Positions 7,407 to 13,742 of a stretch of DNA of 20,836 bases are shown here, piece by piece; positions within the stretch are counted from its first letter, which is position 1, and each line of letters opens with the position of its first letter. The notes under the pieces are model-generated. The model was not told the origin of the DNA. It saw nothing but the letters and a program-made list of their open reading frames with translations, and searched no databases. Origin of the DNA: Acidimicrobiales bacterium (GTDB lineage: Bacteria; Actinomycetota; Acidimicrobiia; Acidimicrobiales; Acidimicrobilacustridaceae); NCBI GenBank assembly GCA_025456085.1, contig JALOLF010000084.1, positions 1 through 20,836 on the forward strand, in the 5' to 3' direction. Both the position numbers and the translations under genes were made by a program.

Positions 7407-7423
7407 CTGTCGGAATCCGACAG
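7407..7423. promoter_or_regulatory. perfect 17-bp palindrome CTGTCGGA-A-TCCGACAG (candidate operator or RNA hairpin)
   Basis: 8-bp arms around a single central A, read directly from the sequence. Confidence 0.35.
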
Positions 7424-7468
7424 CCCACCGCCGAACCAGCGTCCACGCCGCACTGGAAACCCGCCCCG

Positions 7469-7485
7469 CTGTCGGAATCCGACAG
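7469..7485. promoter_or_regulatory. second copy of the perfect 17-bp palindrome CTGTCGGAATCCGACAG
   Basis: Identical to 7407-7423 and lies 158 bp upstream of the SPFH gene start. Confidence 0.35.
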
Positions 7486-7623
7486 TCCACCGCGGAACCA
7501 CGCTGGGCACGCGGCTCCTCCTGGACACGCGGTAAACCCGCCGGGCCGCGCCCTGTGCCGCGATCGACCGCTACTACACTGCCCGTCTTGTGCCCGGGCG
7601 GGGAACGGGTCCCGCCTGCGCGC

Positions 7624-7630
7624 GAAGGAG
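7624..7630 (+). promoter_or_regulatory. ribosome-binding site (GAAGGAG) of the SPFH gene
   Basis: GAAGGAG sits 12 nt upstream of ATG 7643. Confidence 0.5.
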
Positions 7631-7642
7631 CGATCGATCCAC

Positions 7643-9115
7643 ATGCCGGACAAAGACGAGGCCTCCGAGCCGTCCCCGGGGGCGGGCCGTCCCGACGAGT
7701 CGCCGGGTGGCACCGCCGACGCACCCGCCACGCCCCCCACGCCACCGGCCCCGGCTGCGCAGACCCCGCCGACCGTCCCCCAGCCCCCCGCCCCCGCCCC
7801 CGCCGCAGCCGCGGCCGCGGCCGGCCCGACGCCAGAGGGCGAGCCCACAGCGCCCCCGGTGACCGCTCCCGCCGGCGACGCGTCCGGCCCGCAGGCGCCA
7901 ACCGAGCCGGGCGAGCAGCTCCCCCGTCCCAAGAAGAAGGCCGCCAAGAAGGCCGCTGCCAAGCGCACCGCTCCACTTCTGCACACCCCCGAGCCGCCCA
8001 CCACGGAGGTGCCACCGGTCAAGGTGAGCTGGCGGGGCATCGCCGACGACGCCCCCGAGAAGCCCGCCAAGCGCAGCGGCGTGCTGGCTGCGGTCGGCCG
8101 GGGCGTCGCCGCGCTCCTCGAGGCGATCGGCCTCAAGCGCAAGCGCAACGCCGACGGCAGCCTCCAGCCCCGTGCGTGGAAGCGGCTCGGCATCGTCGGC
8201 GGCAGCGCGGTGGTCGTGCTCTTCCTGTGGACGATGGTGCACATCGTGCCGGCCGGTTCGGTGGGCGTGCCCATCACCCTGGGCAAGGCCGGCGGCGAGC
8301 TGGGGCCGGGCCTGCAGCTCACCGTCCCCTTCACCCAGGTCAAGACGATGTCCACCCGGACCCAGAACTACACCATGACCGCCATCCAGGGCGAGGGCCA
8401 GTATGCCGGCGACGACTCCGTGGCCGTGCTGGGCCGCGACGGCGGCGCGGCCAACGTCGACGCCACCGTGCTGTTCCGCCTCGACCCCGGGGAGGCCACC
8501 CGGGTCTACGAAGAGGTCGGCACCGACTTCCCGACCAAGCTGGTGCGCCCCGCGGCGCGCACGTGCATCCGCGCCGCCTTCACCAAGTACGACATGGTCG
8601 AGGCCGCCACCAGCGCCTGGGAGCCCATGGCCGACGAGATCTCGGACTGCATGCGGGAACGGATCGAGCCCCGCGGCATCCAACTGCTGGACTTCCAGCT
8701 GCGTGAGGTCCGCCTGGCCGACCCGGTCCAGCAGGCCATCGACGCCAAGGTCGCCGCGCAGCAGCAGGCCGAGCGTCAGCGCTTCGAACGCCAGACGGCC
8801 GAGCAGCAGGCCGACATCTCCCGCATCAACGCCATCGCCACCGCCGACTCCCAGCAGATCCTGGCCTGTGGCGGCACCGTCACCACCGTCGAGAAGGACG
8901 GCCAGCAGGTGCAGGTGGTGACCCCCAACCCGACCGAGCAGTGCGACCAGGCCCAGCTCACCCCGCAGTACCTGCAGTACACCTACATCCAGGCGCTGAA
9001 GCAGCTCGTCGACTCGCCGAACAACTCGACCATCATCCTGCCGATGGACCAGAACCTGACGCCGCTGCTGAACATCGACGGCACCACGGCCACCACCACG
9101 GCGCCCGGCGGCTGA
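7643..9115 (+). CDS. SPFH/band-7 (prohibitin/HflC/flotillin-like) membrane protein with a long Pro/Ala/Thr-rich disordered N-terminal tail
   Basis: Strong RBS. About 190 aa of low-complexity sequence (PATPPTPPAPAAQTPP...KKKAAKKAAAKR) is followed by a TM helix (LGIVGGSAVVVLFLWTMV). The SPFH core (VPAGSVGVPITLGKAGGELGPGLQLTVPFTQVKTMSTRTQNYT ... VLFRLDP) and a Gln/Ala/Glu-rich coiled-coil C-terminal region follow. Confidence 0.85.
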   Translation: MPDKDEASEPSPGAGRPDESPGGTADAPATPPTPPAPAAQTPPTVPQPPAPAPAAAAAAAGPTPEGEPTAPPVTAPAGDASGPQAPTEPGEQLPRPKKKAAKKAAAKRTAPLLHTPEPPTTEVPPVKVSWRGIADDAPEKPAKRSGVLAAVGRGVAALLEAIGLKRKRNADGSLQPRAWKRLGIVGGSAVVVLFLWTMVHIVPAGSVGVPITLGKAGGELGPGLQLTVPFTQVKTMSTRTQNYTMTAIQGEGQYAGDDSVAVLGRDGGAANVDATVLFRLDPGEATRVYEEVGTDFPTKLVRPAARTCIRAAFTKYDMVEAATSAWEPMADEISDCMRERIEPRGIQLLDFQLREVRLADPVQQAIDAKVAAQQQAERQRFERQTAEQQADISRINAIATADSQQILACGGTVTTVEKDGQQVQVVTPNPTEQCDQAQLTPQYLQYTYIQALKQLVDSPNNSTIILPMDQNLTPLLNIDGTTATTTAPGG

Positions 9116-9118
9116 GCA

Positions 9119-9140
9119 CCGTCCCCGCCGGCGAGGACGG
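9119..9140. terminator. short GC hairpin after the SPFH stop (possible terminator)
   Basis: CCGTCC-ccgccggcga-GGACGG: a 6-bp stem with a 10-nt loop, 4 nt after TGA 9113-9115, in convergent intergenic space with no U-tract. Confidence 0.25.
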
Positions 9141-9180
9141 CCGGACGTCGGCGACCAGACGTCGACGACCGGACGTCGGC
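9141..9180. repeat. 12-bp perfect direct repeat CCGGACGTCGGC x2 with GACGTC palindromic cores
   Basis: Copies at 9141-9152 and 9169-9180, with GACCAGACGTCGACGA between them. The second copy abuts the wzt stop codon. Confidence 0.4.
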
Positions 9181-9974
9181 TACATGTCCTCGGCGGCGGT
9201 GGCCTCGTCGAGGACGCCCTCGAAGCGCAGGTAGGCGTCGACCACGTCGGGAGCGGGGCCCTCGGCCATCACCCGGCCCTTGTCGAGCCACAGGCACCGG
9301 TCGGCGAGCGACGAGATGATCCGCACGCCGTGGGTGATGATCATCACGGTGCAGTCGCGCTCGCACAGCTCGCTGATCTTGTCCGAGGACTTCTTCTTGA
9401 AGCGGGCGTCACCGGCGGCCAGAGCCTCGTCGATGAGCACGATCTCGGGGTCGAGGTGCACCGCGACTGCGAACCCGAGCCGGGCCGACATGCCCGAGGA
9501 GTAGGTGCGCATCGGGTAGTCGATGGCGTCGGCCAGCTCCGCGAAGGCCACGATGGCCTGGTACTGCTCCTGCACCTCCTCAGGGGCGAGGCCCATGGCC
9601 AACCCGCCGAGCAGCACGTTCTCGCGGCCGGTGAGCTCCCGGTTGAAGCCGATGCCGAGAGAGAACAGCGGCGTGACGTGGCCCCGCACGACGACACGAC
9701 CCTCGCTCGGGGTGAGGATGCCGCAGATGGTGCGGAACAACGTGGACTTGCCGGCGCCGTTGCGGCCGATCACGCCGCACACCGAGCCCCGCTGCACGGT
9801 GAAGCTCACCCCCCGCAGGGCCTCCACGTAGCGGGTCACCTTGCGTCGTTGGGTCATGCCCACGAGCGTGCGCTTGAGCGTGGCCTCCTGACTCGAGCGG
9901 TAACGCAGCCAGAGGTCCTGCACCTCGATGGTGGGTGGAACCGCCAGCGACGCGGTCTCAGAGTCGAACGGCAA
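9180..9974 (-). CDS. wzt: ABC transporter ATP-binding protein, polysaccharide/teichoic-acid exporter type (Wzt/TagH/KpsT-like), without a C-terminal carbohydrate-binding extension
   Basis: Walker A GRNGAGKST, signature YSSGMSARLGFA, Walker B IVLIDEALAAGD, and H-loop ITH, across 264 aa. TAG stop at 9180-9182. The start is probably TTG at 9972-9974 (first in-frame start), which would overlap the wzm end by 17 nt, so the start is uncertain. Confidence 0.88.
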   Translation of the reverse strand: MPFDSETASLAVPPTIEVQDLWLRYRSSQEATLKRTLVGMTQRRKVTRYVEALRGVSFTVQRGSVCGVIGRNGAGKSTLFRTICGILTPSEGRVVVRGHVTPLFSLGIGFNRELTGRENVLLGGLAMGLAPEEVQEQYQAIVAFAELADAIDYPMRTYSSGMSARLGFAVAVHLDPEIVLIDEALAAGDARFKKKSSDKISELCERDCTVMIITHGVRIISSLADRCLWLDKGRVMAEGPAPDVVDAYLRFEGVLDEATAAEDM

Positions 9975-10809
9975 GGTCCCGCTCCCGACGCAGGAAGTAG
10001 AAGGCCCCCAACCCGAAGACGGCGACCGCGAAGACGGTCATCATGAACAGGCCCTTGGCGGTGGGGCCGTGCCCGGTGAAGATCAGCTCCAGCGAACCCA
10101 GGAACCAGTACATGGGGTTCAGCTTGAGGTACGGGGCGATGTTGGGCGGCACCTCGGACACGGTGAACAGCACCGGCGACACGTACAGCCAGATGCGCGT
10201 GGCGTAGGGGAGGATGTCGGACGCGTCCCGGAAGAACACCGTGACGGTCGAGGCCAGCAGGGCCAGACCCAGGTTGAACATCGTCAACAGCACCAGGATC
10301 AACGGCAGCCACAACAGCGCGGCCGTGATGGGCTGGCCCAGCAGCACGTGCAGCCCCATGTACACGACGAAGGTGGGCAGGAAGTCGAGGAAGGCCTCGA
10401 TCACGGCCACCAGGGGGAACACCAAGCGGGGCAACGAGGAGTTGAGCACGGTGTTGCGGTTGGACAGGATCGCCTTCGTCCCGCCCATGAGCGACGCCCG
10501 GGTGTAGCCGAAGAAGAACACGGCCATGATGAGGTGGGCGAGCAGCGCGTTGCGCTCGGCATCGGTGCCGATGGGACGCACCACGGTGCGCAGCAGGTAG
10601 TAGACCGCCGCCTCGAGGAGCGGATCGAGCACGATCCAGGCCTGGCCGATGACCGTGTCGTAGTGCTGCGCCTTTAGCTCGCTGCGCGACAGGTGCCACA
10701 TGAAGGCCCGGCGACCCCAGATCTCGCGCAGGTAGCGGTGCAGCGGCGGCAGACCGGTGTCGGTGGGCTCGTAGACGTGGACGGTGGGAGACGACGAGGG
10801 CTCGGCCAT
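9958..10809 (-). CDS. wzm: ABC-2 type polysaccharide exporter permease (Wzm/TagG/KpsM-like)
   Basis: About six hydrophobic TM segments (LLAHLIMAVFFFGY, LVFPLVAVIEAFLDFLPTFVVYMGL, ALLWLPLILVLLTMFNLGLALL, MMTVFAVAVFGLGAFYF). I chose the internal ATG (MAEPSSS, complement 10807-10809) over the track start at 10902, whose first 31 aa look like a non-coding extension. Confidence 0.82.
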   Translation of the reverse strand: MAEPSSSPTVHVYEPTDTGLPPLHRYLREIWGRRAFMWHLSRSELKAQHYDTVIGQAWIVLDPLLEAAVYYLLRTVVRPIGTDAERNALLAHLIMAVFFFGYTRASLMGGTKAILSNRNTVLNSSLPRLVFPLVAVIEAFLDFLPTFVVYMGLHVLLGQPITAALLWLPLILVLLTMFNLGLALLASTVTVFFRDASDILPYATRIWLYVSPVLFTVSEVPPNIAPYLKLNPMYWFLGSLELIFTGHGPTAKGLFMMTVFAVAVFGLGAFYFLRRERDLAVRL

Positions 10810-10903
10810 GGGGTGCACTGGCCCCGACCGGCTCGGCGCGCGGGCCAGCCGGGGAGGAGGGGTGGAGGTACGGTCAGGGTAGCCAACCGGGAGACCACGC
10901 ACG

Positions 10904-10922
10904 GGCCGGTTCGGGACCGGCC
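10904..10922. promoter_or_regulatory. 19-bp inverted repeat GGCCGGT-tcggg-ACCGGCC in the divergent wzm / lipoprotein intergenic region
   Basis: 7-bp perfect arms with a 5-bp spacer, about 95 bp upstream of the wzm start and 100 bp upstream of the lipoprotein gene start. Confidence 0.3.
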
Positions 10923-11021
10923 GCGAGCCTCCGATCGGCTGGGGTCGGCTAGGTTACGCGTTCAACGACGTCCGTCGCGCCGAGTCCCGCGCTCGATCCG
11001 GCACGCAGGAGATCCGATTCC

Positions 11022-11864
11022 GTGAAACGACCCCGCTCGGCACTGCTGCTCGCGCTCCGACTGCTGTTGGCGTGCACCGTGCTGTTGGCGGTTGCCGGGT
11101 GCAGCGACGACGAGGAGCCGACGTCGTCCGGCTCCCGGGGCACCGCCAGCGACGCCGCAACCAAGCCCACGGTCGGCGCCGGCGACCGGGCGACCACGGT
11201 GACCATCTACGCACCCGACCAGCTCCAGCGGGCCATGAACGAGCTCAAGGGCGGGTTCGAGTTCCTGACCGAGTACACCGTCGTGATCACGCAGGGCTCC
11301 GAGACCGACCTCATCGCCGGTGTGCAGGGCGGCGACCGACCCAACCTGCTCGTCGCCGACACCACCGAGCTCATGCCCCTCGTCGACAACGGCACGATCA
11401 TCGCCACCCCCACCGACTTCGGCACCGATCCCCTGCTGATGTTGACCGCCAAGGGCAACCCCGAGGGCGTCCCGGCGCAGATCGGGGTCTTCGGCGAGGG
11501 AAGCGCCTTCGTGACCGGCCTGTGCGCGCCGGACGTGCCGTGCGGCGCCGCGGCGCAGTCCGTGTTGCAGCAGGCCGGCGTCACACCAGCAGCCGACACC
11601 GTGGAGCCCACGGGTCGCCGACTCACCGACAATGTGGCCAAGGGCAAGGTCGACGTGGCGCTGGTGTTCCGCAGCGACTACATGAACCGGTTCTTCCGGA
11701 CCGGCGCGCTGGCGGATCCCGACTTCGCGCCCTACGTGATCACCTACGACATCGGCACCATCGAGGAGACCGACGCCTCCAAGGCCTTCCTCGAGTTCCT
11801 GGGCTCGATCGCCGGCCGCACGATCCTCGTGCAGCGGGGCCTCCTCCCGCTCGGCTCGGTGTGA
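11022..11864 (+). CDS. ModA/WtpA-like oxyanion (molybdate/tungstate/sulfate family) periplasmic-binding lipoprotein
   Basis: GTG start with AGGAGA at 11007-11012. Signal peptide plus lipobox LAVAG-C. The mature protein aligns by eye to ModA: VTIYAPDQL (like ITVFAAASL), GDRPNLLVADT (like GAPADLFISAD), KVDVALVFRSDY (like LGIVYGSDA), and a SKAFLEFL C-terminal segment. Confidence 0.7.
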   Translation: MKRPRSALLLALRLLLACTVLLAVAGCSDDEEPTSSGSRGTASDAATKPTVGAGDRATTVTIYAPDQLQRAMNELKGGFEFLTEYTVVITQGSETDLIAGVQGGDRPNLLVADTTELMPLVDNGTIIATPTDFGTDPLLMLTAKGNPEGVPAQIGVFGEGSAFVTGLCAPDVPCGAAAQSVLQQAGVTPAADTVEPTGRRLTDNVAKGKVDVALVFRSDYMNRFFRTGALADPDFAPYVITYDIGTIEETDASKAFLEFLGSIAGRTILVQRGLLPLGSV

Positions 11865-11877
11865 GCACCGGCCGCTG

Positions 11878-12870
11878 ATGGGGACCGACTCAGCCGCGCT
11901 GGCGGGCCGAACCGCCGTGTGCGTCACCGGCATGCACCGCAGCGGCACCTCCTTCGCGACCCGGGCCGTGCAGTTGCTGGGCGTGTCGTTGGGAGACCCC
12001 GAGCGCCTCATGCCGCCGGGACGGGACAACCCGAGGGGCTACTTCGAGAACGCCCGCGTCAAGGAGCTCGACGACGAGATCCTCGCCCACCTCGACGGAT
12101 CGTGGGACGCCCCACCGGTGCTGGCACCGGGCTGGGAGCTCGACGCGGGCCTCGACGAGCTGCGGGCACGGGCGGCAGCCGAGCTGGCCGAGACCTTCGC
12201 CGCCACGCCCCCCGGTGAGCCCATCGGCTGGAAGGACCCCCGGCTGTCGCTGCTCCTGCCCCTGTGGCGCACCGTCTCGCCCATCTCCACCACCATCGTG
12301 GTGGTGCGCGACCCGGCCGAGGTGGCGGCGTCGCTGCACACCCGCAACGGCATGCCCCCGGCGCAGGCTGCCCTGCTGTGGTTGCGCTACCTGCTGGCGG
12401 CCACCACGAACGATCCCGGCCACCTGCTGGTGCGTCACCGGGACTTCTTCGAAGACCTCCCGACCACGCTGGCCCGCATCGCCACCCACCTCGCCCTGCC
12501 CGCACCGGACGAAGCGACGCTCGAGGCGGTGCGCGGCCACCTCGACCCGTCGCTGCACCACCACGACAACCGACGCTCCACCCAAGCCGCGTCCGCGCCG
12601 GCTGCCACCGCCCCGGCGGAGTCCGACCCGGCTGGAGCCGACCCGGTGACCCGTCTGGCGACGCAGGTGTGGAACGGCGGCGACGTCGACGTGACGCTGG
12701 TGCCCGAGCCGATGGCCGCCGCCGTCCGGGAGGGGTGGTTGCGACCGCCCGTCGACGGCGAGGCCTTGGCCCGGGCGCGGGCCAAGGTGGTGGAGCTCAC
12801 CGAGGAGATCCGCCGTCGCAACCGGGAGAAGGCCGCGGCCAGGGCCGCGGCCCGGGGCGGGACGGGGTGA
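11878..12870 (+). CDS. sulfotransferase family protein (Sulfotransfer_3/Stf0-like; PAPS-dependent)
   Basis: 5'-phosphosulfate-binding P-loop VTGMHRSGTSF and the GWKDPRLS motif. 330 aa. ATG 11878 lies 13 nt after the lipoprotein stop. Confidence 0.75.
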   Translation: MGTDSAALAGRTAVCVTGMHRSGTSFATRAVQLLGVSLGDPERLMPPGRDNPRGYFENARVKELDDEILAHLDGSWDAPPVLAPGWELDAGLDELRARAAAELAETFAATPPGEPIGWKDPRLSLLLPLWRTVSPISTTIVVVRDPAEVAASLHTRNGMPPAQAALLWLRYLLAATTNDPGHLLVRHRDFFEDLPTTLARIATHLALPAPDEATLEAVRGHLDPSLHHHDNRRSTQAASAPAATAPAESDPAGADPVTRLATQVWNGGDVDVTLVPEPMAAAVREGWLRPPVDGEALARARAKVVELTEEIRRRNREKAAARAAARGGTG

Positions 12871-13742
12871 GCGACGCCCCGCAGCTGGTGCACCCCGAGG
12901 GCTGGGTCCTGGACTGGATCACCCGGGACCGGCTCGCCCGACAGCTGCGCAGGGCGGATCCCGCCGTCGACGGCATCGTGGCGCCAGCGACCGAACTTCC
13001 CGCCGGTGCGTCGTTCCGGGTCCACGCCGAGCGGTGCGCCCTGCGGCCCGTGGACGCGCTCGAGCCACTGGGGTCGGCCACGACGGCCGACGCCACCTCG
13101 GTGCGCGGCGCGCTGCTGGTGCGACCCGGCGTGCGGTGCACGGTCGAGGGCGACGTCGTCGCTGCGCCCGGCGCCCACCTGCTGGTCGATCCCGGTACCC
13201 ACGCCCACGACCCCTGGCAGCCGCCCACGGCGCTGGTCGACGCCTCGCCCGCGGCCCGGCCGCCGTTCCCGTGGCGACCGGTCGTGGCGGTGGTGGTGTG
13301 CGGCCCGGACCCCGATCCCGACCGGCTCGACTGGGCCCGCTCGATGGTCAACGCCCTGCTACGCCGCGACGTCGAGGGCCGGCTCGCCGTGACCGCCGCG
13401 CCCGAGGGGCTGCACCTCACCCGCCCCTGTCTGGCCTCACCGGCCTCGCTCGAGGCCCTCGCCCCCGACGTGGTGGTGGCGGCCGACGACGCGGCGCGGG
13501 AGGCCGCTCCGGGGTGGTGCCGACGCCGCTCGACCGTGGTGGTCGAGGTGGCCGACGATCCCCTGCTCGGCGTCGAGCTGGTTTCGTGGCGGCTGGGTCG
13601 AGCCCAGGGCCGACTGCGGGCCCGGATCGGGGAGCGGGTGGCACCGGCGACGGTGGCCGACCTGGCCCGCCGCCTGAGTGCCGGACCCCAGCCCGAACCA
13701 CCGCAGCCCAAACCCGCGCTGCGGGCGGTGGCCGAGCCGTGA
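12867..13742 (+). CDS. hypothetical protein (no recognisable domain)
   Basis: 291-aa frame bounded by GTGA overlaps at both ends (12867-12870 and 13739-13742) and sandwiched inside the coupled operon. Typical high-GC composition. The competing minus-strand ORF 12797..14941 is Gly/Arg/Ser low-complexity junk. Confidence 0.5.
   Translation: MSDAPQLVHPEGWVLDWITRDRLARQLRRADPAVDGIVAPATELPAGASFRVHAERCALRPVDALEPLGSATTADATSVRGALLVRPGVRCTVEGDVVAAPGAHLLVDPGTHAHDPWQPPTALVDASPAARPPFPWRPVVAVVVCGPDPDPDRLDWARSMVNALLRRDVEGRLAVTAAPEGLHLTRPCLASPASLEALAPDVVVAADDAAREAAPGWCRRRSTVVVEVADDPLLGVELVSWRLGRAQGRLRARIGERVAPATVADLARRLSAGPQPEPPQPKPALRAVAEP

Larger units (their letters stand above)
7403..7500. repeat. two roughly 36-bp direct repeats (2 mismatches) spaced 62 bp apart, each containing a perfect 17-bp palindrome
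   Basis: CCCGCTGTCGGAATCCGACAGCCCACCGCCGAACCA (7403-7438) and CCCGCTGTCGGAATCCGACAGTCCACCGCGGAACCA (7465-7500), in the 259-bp intergenic region between the stop at 7383 and the ATG at 7643. Confidence 0.6.

Noticed and set aside
7403-7500. I considered whether the repeated palindromic units could be a CRISPR array or a transposon terminal inverted repeat.
   Set aside because: There are only two copies, separated by a non-unique 45-bp spacer, with no cas, transposase or integrase gene anywhere in the window. They are better explained as operator sites or a small REP-like repeat.
4401-8355. Long ORFs 4401..6470 (-), 5341..6879 (-), 5613..7535 (+), 6880..8355 (-), 7182..8015 (-), 7555..8706 (+) and 7574..8683 (-).
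   Set aside because: Their translations are low-complexity (Ser/Ala/Arg or Gly/Arg/Pro), antisense or frame-shifted relative to the NeuB-like, TagF-like and SPFH genes, which have motif-supported, compositionally normal translations.
9330-10699. ORFs 9330..10046 (+), 9854..10699 (-) and 9928..10677 (+) overlapping wzt/wzm.
   Set aside because: These are Arg/His/Gly-rich junk, whereas the minus-strand frames encode textbook ABC ATPase and ABC-2 permease sequences.
10810-10902. The N-terminal 31 aa (MRGLPVGYPDRTSTPPPRLARAPSRSGPVHP) of track ORF 9958..10902.
   Set aside because: This looks like a non-coding read-through. The internal ATG (MAEPSSS) gives a typical Wzm length of about 283 aa, so I trimmed the CDS to 10809.
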